64,000 nucleotides of DNA, from positions 3,904,001 through 3,968,000 of the forward strand of contig OZ244653.1 of NCBI GenBank assembly GCA_965218795.1, read 5' to 3'. This stretch comes from a bacterium. GTDB taxonomy: Bacteria; UBA8248; JACPRG01; G963555815. Each line of letters starts with the position of its first letter. Position 1 is the first letter of the stretch. Positions 1 through 12,886 of the stretch are shown here, in pieces. The notes beneath the pieces are model-generated. The model saw only the letters and a list, made by a program, of their open reading frames with translations. It searched no databases and was not told where the DNA came from. A program made the translations under genes and the position numbers.

Positions 1-1
1 T

Positions 2-61
2 CAGGTGCAACCCGCCGCCGATGTCATCGCGCGGCTTCGGGAGCGGCGACGGGCTCGTTGA
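2..61 (+). CDS. 3' end of probable antitoxin (gene starts before the window)
   Basis: Frame reads QVQPAADVIARLRERRRAR*. Its TGA (59-61) overlaps the toxin ATG (TGATG), the usual coupling in type II TA operons. Confidence 0.45.
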   Translation, partial: QVQPAADVIARLRERRRAR

Positions 62-387
62 TGTCCTTCCCGGTTCAGTTGACCGATGACGCGGCGCGCG
101 ACCTGGAGGAGATCTGCGATTACATCGATCGGCGCGATGCGCCGGGCCGGACGGAGCGCGTGCTGGAGCAGATCGAAAAGGCGTTCCGCAGCCTGTCCGA
201 GTATCCCCAACGCGGGAACTGCCCGATGGAATTGCTGGACATCGGGATTCGGGAGTACCGAGAGATCCTCTTCAAGCCCTACCGCATCATCTACCGGGTG
301 ATGGAAAACAACGTCTATGTGCTCGTGATCGCCGATGGACGGCGTGACATGCAGACGTTGCTGCAGCGGCGCTTGCTGCAGGCGTAA
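61..387 (+). CDS. ParE/RelE-family type II toxin
   Basis: 108 aa with AARDLEEICDYI, SLSEYPQRG, YREILFKPYRIIYRV and VLVIADGRRD, the ParE/RelE pattern. Confidence 0.85.
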   Translation: MSFPVQLTDDAARDLEEICDYIDRRDAPGRTERVLEQIEKAFRSLSEYPQRGNCPMELLDIGIREYREILFKPYRIIYRVMENNVYVLVIADGRRDMQTLLQRRLLQA

Positions 388-829
388 GCTCCGCTCCGCG
401 CCTGTCCCAAACCGCGGATCTTCTATAGCCAATCGGTCAGAAAGCGACAGGGACCCCGCTCACCGGCTCCCGCCGCGCTTTCGACTACCTGCAAGATCTG
501 GGTCGGCCTGAAGCGTCACCGGGGCCTCTCGGTGGACGCCGTGGAGAGCCGGTTCCTGGCCGCCAGCGAGCGCCTTGCTACCAAATGAATACGCAGAAGG
601 TGTACGCTTGTGTCTTGCACAGGGATTTGGACAACTGTTCGGTGAACATGTGCAGATAAAGCAGTCTAGGCCGATTCGACTTGAACCGAAGATGGGGGGC
701 GGAATGAAAAAAGAAGCGTCTCGGATAAGCCTGTATCGGCTTGACTACGCGAACTATTTACCAATTCCTTTTGGGCTGAAAGGCCTCGCCGTATTTCTAA
801 AGGCTGTATTCCGGTGTCATCAGGTAATC

Positions 830-2395
830 GTGAAGGTTCGTAAGAGGTGGACTTTACGAAAGGTACTAGCTGAACTCCTTGTTGCTGGAAGCATTGTTGG
901 ACTCACTGCGTGCGCGAATCTCAATACGATTGACCGAGCCACGCAGCTGCCAGGTGCAAAAAGCAGCACTGGGAAAGCCGTCCATCTGGACATCCAGCAG
1001 CGTCTTCTGATTGTTAATCATTTAGGCAAGTATTGCGCGGAGCCGAGCCCCGACGCACTTGCCGCTTTTGCCGCCGAAGTCGGTGTTAGTGCAGGCCAAC
1101 CAGACCACCAAGCTCTCAGTGCCATCATCGGCGGACAGAGCTCAACGGCAGGTGTGGGCCTTCGCACGCAGTCCATAACCTTGATGCGCGACGCGTTATT
1201 CCGCATGTGTGAGGCATATGTGAACGACGCTCTGGGTCCCGCCCAAGTCGCAGCGCTGTTGCAGCGCAGCCAAGATCTCACGGCAGTAATCCTCGCGGTC
1301 GAGCAGCTCACAGGCGCTGTTGTGGCTAATCAGACATCGCTGACCGGCTCAACGACTGCCGACGCGTCGGCGACTGCGCTCGCGACAGCAAATCTACTTG
1401 AGCAAGCTTTGGCCGCCGAGGATAGGCGGCAACAAGAGCTCGAACAGGCCCAAGCTGAACTGATAACCGCCGAGGCCGAGCGTGATGCGGCGGCTCAAGC
1501 ATTGAGCGAGGCTGGTAGTGACCAGCTGCCCGGTAGCTCCACCGAACAGGACAACAAAGAGGATACGAACACCAAAGTGGCATCTAAGAAGGCGGAGAGC
1601 AAACGTGCCAGCCTCGCATTCATGAATGCGGAACAGCGCGTCGCGCTTCGGAAAAAATGGCTGGAACATGCCCGGCGCACCCGCGAAAAAATCGAGAGTA
1701 ATCAGGATGCCGCCATAGCCGATTTGTCCGTCTCAATCAGCAGCGACGCCCAGTTCAGCAATCCCGCCCAGCGAGTTCAGCTTGACAAGGCCGTGTCAGA
1801 GCAAGTCGTGAAATCAGTCGAAAAGATGGTCACGAAAGTTCTCGAAAAAGACTACACGGTCGAATCCTGTATGGCGATTATTTCCACTGTATCCAGCAAC
1901 AAATCGGTTAATGAAACAGTTCATCTCGAGAAAACAAAGGACCTCTGCTTACAGCTTATGCAGAAAAAGGTGGAAGAACGTACTAAAGCTATCACGTACG
2001 GATACGACGATTTATCCACCGTTATTGATGTGTGGCTAAAGAAGAACGAAGGCAACAGAGAGCTTCTGCGTACTTGGCTCAGGGAAAACGGCTATGATAT
2101 CCGTGTCTCTGCTCTTTTGATTGGAAAGCACAGAGAGTTACGCAAAAAAGTCATCGAACACTTCAAGATTGCGGCTATCACATCCCCGGACAAACCCGCC
2201 GACAAGCCGGATGAAGAGCCTGCTGACAATTCAAATGACCTTATCGACGCGTGGTTAAAGGAAGGCGAAAACAACAGGGAGCTTTTGCGTACTTGGCTCG
2301 AGAAAAATGGCCATGATATCCGTGTCTCCGCTCTTTTGGTTGGAAAGCACGGAGGGTTACGCAAAAAGATCATCGAACACTTCAAGATTCCATGA
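830..2395 (+). CDS. Uncharacterised lipoprotein with coiled-coil middle and duplicated C-terminal domain
   Basis: GTG at 830 gives a basic N-region, a hydrophobic stretch and lipobox LTAC (Cys codon 911-913). Conserved-looking CAEPSPDA...RTQSITLMRDALFRMCEAY block. Ala/Glu/Gln-rich helical middle. The ORF track extends to 575, so the start is inferred. Confidence 0.65.
   Translation: MKVRKRWTLRKVLAELLVAGSIVGLTACANLNTIDRATQLPGAKSSTGKAVHLDIQQRLLIVNHLGKYCAEPSPDALAAFAAEVGVSAGQPDHQALSAIIGGQSSTAGVGLRTQSITLMRDALFRMCEAYVNDALGPAQVAALLQRSQDLTAVILAVEQLTGAVVANQTSLTGSTTADASATALATANLLEQALAAEDRRQQELEQAQAELITAEAERDAAAQALSEAGSDQLPGSSTEQDNKEDTNTKVASKKAESKRASLAFMNAEQRVALRKKWLEHARRTREKIESNQDAAIADLSVSISSDAQFSNPAQRVQLDKAVSEQVVKSVEKMVTKVLEKDYTVESCMAIISTVSSNKSVNETVHLEKTKDLCLQLMQKKVEERTKAITYGYDDLSTVIDVWLKKNEGNRELLRTWLRENGYDIRVSALLIGKHRELRKKVIEHFKIAAITSPDKPADKPDEEPADNSNDLIDAWLKEGENNRELLRTWLEKNGHDIRVSALLVGKHGGLRKKIIEHFKIP
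2021..2389 (+). repeat. Intragenic duplication, 2 x ~150 bp (2021-2170 and 2240-2389)
   Basis: IDVWLKKNEGNRELLRTWLRENGYDIRVSALLIGKHRELRKKVIEHFKI versus IDAWLKEGENNRELLRTWLEKNGHDIRVSALLVGKHGGLRKKIIEHFKI, joined by a Pro/Asp-rich linker. Confidence 0.9.
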
Positions 2396-2415
2396 TTACA
2401 TTAGGAGACAAAGAC

Positions 2416-2559
2416 ATGAGCTCAACGAGCGAACACACGGTGGAAGCAAGAGACGTTGAAAATACCGTGAGAATCATGCGAGAGGATGGGGCTACAAAAA
2501 TCGTAATTACGAAGAACTCTGACAGTACGTTCGACGTGACCGCCACATTTCCGGATTAA
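2416..2559 (+). CDS. 47-aa hypothetical protein (below the ORF-track cutoff)
   Basis: AGGAGA Shine-Dalgarno at 2403-2408, ATG 2416, TAA 2557-2559; MSSTSEHTVEARDVENTVRIMREDGATKIVITKNSDSTFDVTATFPD; starts 20 bp after the lipoprotein stop. Confidence 0.55.
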   Translation: MSSTSEHTVEARDVENTVRIMREDGATKIVITKNSDSTFDVTATFPD

Positions 2560-2903
2560 GCACATACAATCTAGCGCGGAAAGTGGGCGGTGCCGGTCGG
2601 CGAGTCGGAAACGTCGAGTACTGGCCTATAGGCTAGCTAGAAGCCACGGTGCTTACTAGCATTCGGTCGATTTGATGAAGTCTACGCGGATGGGGGCACT
2701 CAGTTCCGAATGCAGCGAATGTCGTAGGTCCGCATGTTGGCGCGACCGACTCTCGCGGTCGAGCGCCGGCGGTCAGACTGTCAGGTGATTACCGTCTCAA
2801 TACATGAACGGAGCGCATGTGGAAGGCGAGGCCGAAGTCCTTGGCCAGCCGGTTGAGGGCGATGTAAAGGTCACGCGCCAGGCCGTCCCCTTTCCCCGCC
2901 TGC

Positions 2904-3068
2904 GATTCCTGCTTGCGCAGGAATGACAACCAGAACCATGCCGATCCCCCAGCGATCCCGCCCCCTACGGTTTCAGGCGGGGGTCATTCCCGCGGGGACA
3001 AGCTCCGCAGGAATGACAAACGAGGCTCGCGCACAACAGCCTGTTATTCCTGCGCAAGCAGGGATCCA
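2904..3068. repeat. Cluster of GTCATTCC/GGAATGAC palindromic (REP-like) units
   Basis: GATTCCTGCTTGCGCAGGAATGAC (2904-2927), GTCATTCCCGCGG...CCGCAGGAATGAC (2983-3017), and GTTATTCCTGCGCAAGCAGGGATCCA. Confidence 0.75.
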
Positions 3069-3203
3069 CAACACTCGGGAACAGGCCCCGCCCTGTCCGT
3101 TCTTCTCTCGCGCCTGCCAGCGGACAAAAACGGACGTCACTCCTCCAGCGAAGGGCGGGCGACGTCCGCTTGTCAATGCTACGAAACCGATGCTCCCGTT
3201 CGC

Positions 3204-4289
3204 TTACTCCTTGTACTCGAAGACAGGGGCCTTCCGCGGACCGCGTTTGGGGAGCTTGATTCCGGGCAGATAGGCGTTCGTGTAGAGATCGGACGGCTTG
3301 GGCTTGTCCTTCATCTTGAGGGGCTTGGCCAGAAAATCGATGGTTTGCTGCCACTTTTCATCCGTCATCCCGCCCAGGCCCTTGGCCCGGCCGCTTTTCG
3401 TGTACCACAGGTCGCCCGTCACATCCCAGACCTCCCGGTTCGGGGCCTTGCTGCAGGTCGGGCATTTCTTCATCAGGTACTCGATGGCTTCGTCCGGGTG
3501 CGCGAGGGCGTAGGCGATGCCGCGAATGGAGGCCTTGAGAAACTTCCGCACTTCCTCGCCCCGCGCCTCGAGGGTCTTGTCCAACGCCGCGACGCCGGCG
3601 CCGTAGATATTCAAGCCCTCGTTGATAAGAGGGACGAAATGGATCTCTTTGCCGCGCTGCTTCGCTTTTCTGGAAAGGATGCCGTACTGCGTGACGAAGC
3701 CGGTCGAGGCCAGATACGAGCCCGCCAGCATCCCGGCGTCCCGTGCGGCGGGCGTGGTGTTCACGAACTTGACTTTGCTCAGATCGTATCCCTTGATGCC
3801 GAACAGGAGCTTGATGCTGGGCCAGATGGCGTCATTCTCGGGCGCCCCGATGCTCTTCCCTTCCAAATCCTTGAGCGAGTTGATCCCCCGGTCCTTGGTG
3901 GTCCAGATGGTCAGGGGCGGGATGTCGTGATTCATGAAGACCATCTTGGATTTGACCCCTTTTTTCAGGGCGATGAGCTGGGAGATCGGCGGAATGGCGC
4001 CTCCCAGGGTATATGAACCGGCAGCGACCTTGGTCATGGTGTCTCCGCCGCCGAATCCACGGATGATCTTGACGTTGCTGAGCTCCTCCTCCTGGTAGAA
4101 TCCCTTGTCCTGGGCGGTCAGCCACCCCAAATCCCGCCCGTAGAACACCCAGCCGATGCTGAACACGAAGTCCTTCTTCTGGGCCTGGGCCACCGGCGCC
4201 CACAGCCCGGCGACCAGGGTCAAGGCCAGGAGTCCGGCCACGCAAAGGAAGAACCCCCGGCGAATGATTGAGACTTTTGGAGCGCGCAT
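3204..4289 (-). CDS. NMT1/THI5 (SsuA/TauA-like) ABC substrate-binding protein
   Basis: Signal peptide ending AQA; GWVFYGRDL..AQDKGFYQEE, GINSLKDLEGKSIG, SDLYTNAYLP. ATG at 4289 preceded by GGAGGGG. Confidence 0.85.
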   Translation of the reverse strand: MRAPKVSIIRRGFFLCVAGLLALTLVAGLWAPVAQAQKKDFVFSIGWVFYGRDLGWLTAQDKGFYQEEELSNVKIIRGFGGGDTMTKVAAGSYTLGGAIPPISQLIALKKGVKSKMVFMNHDIPPLTIWTTKDRGINSLKDLEGKSIGAPENDAIWPSIKLLFGIKGYDLSKVKFVNTTPAARDAGMLAGSYLASTGFVTQYGILSRKAKQRGKEIHFVPLINEGLNIYGAGVAALDKTLEARGEEVRKFLKASIRGIAYALAHPDEAIEYLMKKCPTCSKAPNREVWDVTGDLWYTKSGRAKGLGGMTDEKWQQTIDFLAKPLKMKDKPKPSDLYTNAYLPGIKLPKRGPRKAPVFEYKE

Positions 4290-4541
4290 TTTTCCCCTCC
4301 TGGCTCTGGCGGATACGTTCACGAATTCTCTTGTGCCCCAAGCATTGGGACCAGTCCGATCCCCAAGCCCGATTCATGATCCCCGGAGTGCCGGAACCAC
4401 GCTCGAACGCCCACGGTCCCAACGGATCTTTCGAACTCCGGATGGACATGAAACCGACCTGCTGCGCGGCCCGGGTATTGGTCGATCATTTTCACGGCAA
4501 CGCAGCGGCGATCCAACGGAAAAGGCGGGGCCGCCGGTCCC

Positions 4542-5510
4542 CTAGAAGTGGTACTTCAGGCTCACGCTGACCCCGAACATTTCGATGTCGTCTGTCTTGA
4601 GCCCACCCGACACCGGCTCGCTCAAGTCTCTGCGCAGATTGGGCGGGTGACTGCGCAGCAGATCCGCGACGGAGTCACTCTCGCTGAAGGAATCGAAATT
4701 GACCCAGCGCCCCTTGACCCCCAGGGTGATCGATTCGGTGAGCGCGTAGTCCAACCCGAACAGTACCTGGTAGCCGAACAACGTGTTGGAAAACTCGGTT
4801 TCCTGACTGCTGGTGCTTCCGGCAAGGTTCCGGCGAATCTCGTCCTCGTTAGGCAACCCGGCGCCCGTTGCAATCGCGTTGGGGTCGGGGTTCCGTGCCC
4901 ACAGAAAGCCGTAGTCCATGTCGGTAAAACCTACGCCAACGCCAAACCCGACGTAGGGCGTGAACCGGCTGCTGTTCAGGAAGTCGAAGTATAGGTTCCC
5001 GAACAGATTGTGCGAGGTGATGCTGCCTACGCGGTCCACGGCCGTTACAATTTCCTGGCTCAGCTTGTCGCCGCTGGCCCCGCCGGCGTCGAGAACGTCG
5101 GAGTTCTGGTTGTATTCGGTGTTGCGGTAGAAATATTCCAGTTCGAGGCGAAACCGGCCCCACACACGGTCCGGAAATTTATCCCGTAGTCGATAGCCCA
5201 GCGCCGCTCCGGTCAGGATACCCTGGGCACTGTCAAACTCGTTCTCCCAGTCGTCGCCCCGACCGCGATGCGGACCCGTACAGTTGTAGTTCTCGTACCC
5301 CGCAGTTTGCGTGACCGTCGCGAACAACGGATTGATGAACTCGTCACACACGCTGGCCCGGTCGTTGGACGTGCCGGTTATATCCAGGTCCGGGGCGAAG
5401 TTGGCTCCCAACTCGATGCTCAGGTAAAACCCCGAACCCGCCTGCGCCAGGCTTGGCGCAAAAGCCCATGTTGCGATGACGCAAATCAAAAATGAAATAA
5501 AACGTTTCAT
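4542..5510 (-). CDS. Outer-membrane beta-barrel protein (P44/Msp2/opacity-like)
   Basis: Signal peptide; GFYLS, FRLELEYFYR, NLYFDF...FTPYVGFGVG, FGYQVLFGLDY and C-terminal SLKYHF aromatic signature. Confidence 0.8.
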   Translation of the reverse strand: MKRFISFLICVIATWAFAPSLAQAGSGFYLSIELGANFAPDLDITGTSNDRASVCDEFINPLFATVTQTAGYENYNCTGPHRGRGDDWENEFDSAQGILTGAALGYRLRDKFPDRVWGRFRLELEYFYRNTEYNQNSDVLDAGGASGDKLSQEIVTAVDRVGSITSHNLFGNLYFDFLNSSRFTPYVGFGVGVGFTDMDYGFLWARNPDPNAIATGAGLPNEDEIRRNLAGSTSSQETEFSNTLFGYQVLFGLDYALTESITLGVKGRWVNFDSFSESDSVADLLRSHPPNLRRDLSEPVSGGLKTDDIEMFGVSVSLKYHF

Positions 5511-5710
5511 GCGCTTCCCCTACAGTGCTGACAGCATAGAACAGGAACGAAAGAACATCTATACAAACAAGGCGGACTTGAGTCAACGGACGTCGTCGCT
5601 TCGGCGTTTCTGGAAGACGGAATGAGCGCCAGTCTCCTCATTCAATCGTAAGATGCGTCTGACAGAAGCGGGCATGTGCGCCCGCGGTCGAGCCGCACGG
5701 GAGGCGGTTC

Positions 5711-6842
5711 TCAAAAGAACCTCACGGTCACAAAAGCGAGGATCCCGGGAATGACGAAGAACGCCGAGAGGATGTACGCAATCGCCAGGCCCTTTCGCTT
5801 GCTCCCGAGATCGGCGAGCCACTGAGCGCCCATGAGCGGCAGTCCGCGCAGCCAGGGCAGTCCGTAGATCACCACAACGCCCAACAGATTGTAGAGAAAA
5901 TGCGCCAGCGCGATCTGAAGGGCTGCGGTCTGGTTGACGCCGGTGACTACGGTCGCCGCCAGAATCGCGGTGATCGTGGTTCCGATGTTGGCGCCCAGCG
6001 TGAAGGGATACACTTCGTGAAGTCTGAACCCGCCGCTTCCGGCCAGGGGGACCATCAGGCTGGTGGTGGTCGAAGACGACTGCACCAGCACCGTCGCCAC
6101 GGTGCCGGAGAAAATGGCCGAGAGCGGTCCCCGTGCGATGGCGGCATGCATGATCTGGCTCGCTCTTCCGACCATGACTGCCTTGAGCGAGGTTGCAAGG
6201 CGCGCGATCGCGAGCAGGATGATGACCATGCCGATAACGATCAGCGCGACCCCGGCCCAGAGATCGGGCAACGGAGACACCGTGACGGGAAAGAGCCCGC
6301 TCACCGGCTCGACGACGCTGTCCAGGAAATCCAATCCCTTGGCGTCGAGGGAGCCCAAAGCCTCGACGGCGCCCACGAGGGCGCTGCTGAGCTTATCGAG
6401 CAATCCGAACGCGACCTCCAGGGGCAAGAAGATGATGATGCTCAAGAGATTGAACCAATCGTGCACGACCGCCGCCGCGAACGCTCTCCTGCAACTCGTG
6501 AGAGACACCGACATGACCGAAGCTGACCAAAGTGTTGGTGATCGTGGTGCCTAAGTTCGCGCCCATCACCATGGGAATCGCGACCGATACCGGCAAACCG
6601 CCGGCCACCATCCCAACGATGATGGACGTGACGGTACTTGATGACTGGACGAGCGCTGTCGCCATGATACCGAGCAGGACACCGACGAACGGGTTCTTGG
6701 CGAAGGCGAACAACTCTTGGGCGCCGGACCGGCCTCCCGACGCCTGGCTGAAACCGCTGCCCATGACATCGATGGCGACGAGGAGCACATAGACGACCCC
6801 GACCACGACACACCAGTGAGTGAGCTTGTTGGATGAAGTCAT
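5711..6842 (-). pseudogene. Na+/phosphate symporter (NptA/SLC34-like), split by a frameshift
   Basis: Two overlapping ORFs each carry a VQSSS repeat and GAN(L/I)GTT. Removing one base near 6491-6492 (GAG TTG C AGG AGA) restores ...HE(F/L)RRAFAAAVVHDWFN. Confidence 0.8.
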
Positions 6843-6961
6843 CGATCATTCCCAGGTTCCGCTGGTCGGGCGCTTGTCAACGGTTGATGGATTGAGTATG
6901 GCATTAGTAGAATAATGGTTCAGTGTGACCGTTCATAACCGTGGGCCGAGAGGAGGTGGCC

Positions 6962-7615
6962 ATGCTGAGATTCCCGGAAGAGCTCATGCTGTTCCTCCTC
7001 AAAAATGACGAAGGGGAGTTCGCCTACGTGCTCGATTTGTCGCTCAAGTGCGCGCTTGCGGGCGCGGTCCTGATGGACTTGGCGCTCGAGCACCGGATCG
7101 ATACCGATCTGCACCAGCTGGTCGTCATCGATCCGACGCCCCTTCAGGACGATCTTCTTGACCCGACGCTTGCCCGTATCGTGGAGGCGACGGAGACACG
7201 CGACACCCGCTACTGGATCGAGCAAACCATCGAACATGCCGACGAAATCCGCGAATGCGCGCTTTCCCGCCTCGTCGAACGCGGCATTCTGCGTCGGGAG
7301 GATAACCGGTTTTTTGGGGGGCTGTTCCGGAAACGGCGCTACCCGATCATCGACGACCGGGCCGCCTGGGAGGTGAAGTTGCGGATCATGGGCGTGCTGT
7401 TCAGCGATGAAATTCCGGATCCGCGCGACATCGTCATCATCTGCCTGACGGACGCCTGCGGCGTTCTTAAAGATCTGCTTTCCACCCGGGAACTGAAGCG
7501 CGCGACCGGGCGCATTAAACAGGTGCGCAAAATGGACCTGATCGGCCGGGAGGTCTCGAATGCGATATGGGAGATCGACTCGTCCCTTGTTCCGGCGATG
7601 CAACGGATATTCTAG
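6962..7615 (+). CDS. GPP34/GOLPH3-family protein
   Basis: EELMLFLL, LAGAVLMDLALEHRID, PTPLQDDLLD, LVERGILRRE and RRYP. AGGAGG precedes ATG 6962. Confidence 0.75.
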   Translation: MLRFPEELMLFLLKNDEGEFAYVLDLSLKCALAGAVLMDLALEHRIDTDLHQLVVIDPTPLQDDLLDPTLARIVEATETRDTRYWIEQTIEHADEIRECALSRLVERGILRREDNRFFGGLFRKRRYPIIDDRAAWEVKLRIMGVLFSDEIPDPRDIVIICLTDACGVLKDLLSTRELKRATGRIKQVRKMDLIGREVSNAIWEIDSSLVPAMQRIF

Positions 7616-7782
7616 GCTCCCGGGCCCAAGGAGAATTTCCGGAGCGATCACGCCCGTTCGTCGAGGAGGATACGCGGGGCCGGGAATTGGCCCACGATGC
7701 CGACCCGTCGCCCCTTCCCCGGCATTGCGCGGACACGCGTGGCTGAGAGCACCGTCCTTCAGCCATCGCGCGCGCCTTCTGT

Positions 7783-7871
7783 GGGAGAAGACCTTGACGC
7801 TTGGCTGTACCGCTACAACACCGAACGACCCCATGCCGGGATATCGAAACCAGGGCCGGAAGGCCCATTGA
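7783..7871 (+). mobile_element. Short relic of an IS481-family transposase C-terminus
   Basis: EDLDAWLYRYNTERPHAG, then in a shifted frame YRNQGRK. Matches the integrase-core YNxxRPH end. No rest of the gene. Confidence 0.55.
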
Positions 7872-7994
7872 AACCATCGATCTATTCGTTAGCCAAGAAG
7901 GTTAAGAACCCCCTACTCCAAAAGGGGGCCTTCTGCTATGATCCGGCATATGGAAGACGCAGACAACACTCAGTAATCATTGGAGGTAAGAACC

Positions 7995-10637
<2,643 letters not shown>

Positions 10638-10795
10638 GCCGGGGATACGGCGTCCGCGTTGCGGACGTTCCCCCTGTCCCCGGGCCGCCGCCCGCCGTCC
10701 TAGAGGCCCATGGCAGCGAACTGCCGGTCGCGCGCGCTGGCCTGCCGCCGCAGGCGTGCGCACATCAGCATCCCCGTCACGCCGTGTTGCGATTC

Positions 10796-10926
10796 TGGGG
10801 ACACCCTCCTGAATGAATGACTTTCGGATGGGTGCGCCCCCTGCCGAAACCATGCAGGGGCATGGCTCTCGGTCATTCCTGCCCCCGATTAAGACATTCG
10901 AGGGCAGGCGCTGCAGCAGGAATCCA
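10796..10926. repeat. Modular intergenic repeat (related copies at ~11873-11980, 13356-13412, 21043-21087, 40451-40570, 46625-46653)
   Basis: Shared modules TGGGGACACCCT.CTGAATGA.TGACT.TCGGAT.GGTGCG, CCCCTGCCGAAACCATGCAGGGGCA and GTCATTCCTGCCCCCGATTAAGACATTCGAGGGCAGG. Confidence 0.8.
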
Positions 10927-11201
10927 GAGCGTCCGTGCAGGGCAAGGATCGCACGGGTCGTGGCGCCAGGGTTCCCCATCCAGACGTAACTCAGCGGCGC
11001 AATCACAGGCAGGAAACATTTTGAGGAGAGGCAGCCGTGCGTGCGGTGCCGGATGGCCTCACGGCGCCCATGGATTGAAAAGGGTCGCTTGCAATACGCC
11101 TGAATCTAGTGGTTCGTTGGCGTGAGCGAGGTCCATCGCTCCTCACAGAATATCGTAATGCGTAACTTGACGAAGAACGGATGGTTTTGGTAACTTGTGT
11201 A

Positions 11202-11492
11202 ATGAAGATTCGAAATGTGGTTCACAAGGGGCTTCGCCGATTCATGGAGGACGATAACGCGGCCGCTCTCCAGCCTGCGGTTGTGCCGAAGCTGCGACGC
11301 ATCCTTTCTTTCCTTCAGGACATGGAGCGGGAGGAAGAACTGCGGACGGTTCCGAGTTGGGAGGCGCATCAGCTTGTCGGCGATCGCAAGGGCGTCTGGA
11401 GTCTGTCGGTCACGAAAAACTGGCGGATCACATTCCGGATCGACCAGGAGGAGATCGAGATCGTCGATCTGGACTACGAGGATTACCACTAG
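11202..11492 (+). CDS. higB: HigB-family (RelE-like) toxin
   Basis: MKIRNVVHKGLRRF...HQLVGDRKGVWSLSVTKNWRITFR...LDYEDYH, located upstream of an HTH antitoxin. Confidence 0.88.
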   Translation: MKIRNVVHKGLRRFMEDDNAAALQPAVVPKLRRILSFLQDMEREEELRTVPSWEAHQLVGDRKGVWSLSVTKNWRITFRIDQEEIEIVDLDYEDYH

Positions 11493-11502
11493 AGAGGTGG
11501 CC

Positions 11503-11814
11503 ATGAGCGCGATACAGGGTATCCGGATGAAGAATCCTGCCCATCCGGGCGGGTTCGTGAAGAGCGAGATCATTGAGGCCCTGGGCTTGTCAGTGACCGA
11601 CGGGGCGAAGGTGTTGGGAGTCACACGCCCCGCGCTGTCCGCGCTGCTCAACGAGCGTGTGCATCTCTCGCCTGAAATGGCGCTCAGGATCGAGAAGGCG
11701 TTTGGCGTGTCCATGGATACGCTGATGAGGATGCAGAACAGTTACGACATTGCCGAGACCCGCAAGCGGGAAGGTGAATTCGAGCTTGTTCCGTACAGGG
11801 GACAGGTTGCTTGA
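11503..11814 (+). CDS. higA: HigA-family XRE antitoxin
   Basis: PAHPGGFVK..LGLSVTDGAKVLGVTRPALSALLN..LSPEMALRIEKAFG..MQNSYD. GAGGTG precedes ATG 11503. Confidence 0.88.
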   Translation: MSAIQGIRMKNPAHPGGFVKSEIIEALGLSVTDGAKVLGVTRPALSALLNERVHLSPEMALRIEKAFGVSMDTLMRMQNSYDIAETRKREGEFELVPYRGQVA

Positions 11815-11921
11815 GCCGCTCTCCGCGCCGGGCTGCGGCTGCTCGAAGAGCGCGAAACCGAAGTGGGGATACTGGGGACACCCTACTGAATGAATGACTT
11901 TCGGATGGGTGCGCTCCTTGT

Positions 11922-12282
11922 CGAAACCATGCAGGGGCAGGTCCCGCGACGAAGACATTCGGGGGCAAGTTGCAGCAGGAATGCATGCGGCATAACCGGG
12001 GCTGCGAGGGAAGGACGCCTCCAGAGCCAGGGTTTCGCAAACAAGGGGCACGAAACAAACCCACAGCCGGAAAGACCGCTGAATCAGGGATCCACAGAGG
12101 GTTGGCCATTGTCGTCTTGCGCGAGTCCGTGCGCGGGTCCGAATCGACCTTGAGGGAAGTGTCGTATGTGTTATGATTCGGGGGAGTTTTCGCTGCGAAG
12201 GTGATTCCAGGCCCGTGGATGGACGGTTGGACACGAGGCGCAGGCATGGCGGGACCAACAACGGGAGACGCATCATGAAATG
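11922..12282 (+). repeat. Copy 1 of a ~350-bp direct repeat ending in the msrA start
   Basis: Aligns with 13589-13939, nearly identical over the 3' ~200 bp, and ends at GGAGACGCATCATGAAATG. Confidence 0.92.
12150..12177 (+). promoter_or_regulatory. Putative sigma70 promoter of msrA
   Basis: TTGAGG-N16-TATGAT with an extended -10 (TGnTATGAT). Confidence 0.55.
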
Positions 12283-12886
12283 GGCTATGCTGACGGTTGC
12301 CGCGACGCTTTCGCTCTTCGCTTACACCGCAAGCGCACAGCAACTCGAAAAGGCGATCTTCGCCGGCGGCTGCTTCTGGTGCGTCGAGTCGGATTTCGAC
12401 AAGGTGCCGGGCGTGGTCGCGACGGTCTCCGGCTATACCGGCGGCAAGACCGAAAACCCGTCCTACAGGCAGGTCACGGCCGGCGGCACAGGGCACTACG
12501 AGGCGGTCGAGATCACCTACGATCCGGCAAAGGTCAGCTACGAGGCGCTGCTTACCGCCTTCTGGCGCTCGGTCGACCCGACCGATGGCGGCGGGCAGTT
12601 CTGCGACCGCGGCCAGTCCTACCAGACCGCCGTCTTCGTCGCGAACGAGAAGCAGCGCGGCTTGGCCGAGGCCTCCAAGAACGCGGCGCAAAAGATGCTC
12701 GACCAACCGATCGTCACCCCGATCCTCGCCGCCGCGCCGTTCTACCCCGCCGAAGATTATCACCAGAACTATTATAAAAGGAACCCGCTCCGCTACCGCT
12801 ATTACCGCTGGGGTTGCGGCCGCAACCAGAAGGTCAAGGAGGTCTGGGGCAAGCATGCCTATCAAGGCATCCCCGGCCACGGCTGA
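12275..12886 (+). CDS. msrA: Exported peptide-methionine (S)-S-oxide reductase
   Basis: AGGCFWCVE, SGYTGG, TGHYEAVEITYDP, GQFCDRG and FYPAEDYHQNYY; N-terminal Sec signal ending ASA. Confidence 0.93.
   Translation: MKWAMLTVAATLSLFAYTASAQQLEKAIFAGGCFWCVESDFDKVPGVVATVSGYTGGKTENPSYRQVTAGGTGHYEAVEITYDPAKVSYEALLTAFWRSVDPTDGGGQFCDRGQSYQTAVFVANEKQRGLAEASKNAAQKMLDQPIVTPILAAAPFYPAEDYHQNYYKRNPLRYRYYRWGCGRNQKVKEVWGKHAYQGIPGHG

Noticed and set aside
575-829. N-terminal 85 codons of the 606-aa ORF
   Set aside because: The lipoprotein signal only makes sense from GTG 830, so the upstream part is probably untranslated.
2790-2900. Minus-strand fragment GKGDGLARDLYIALNRLAKDFGLAFH with coding-like codon use
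   Set aside because: No start or recognisable family; may be a gene relic but cannot be supported.
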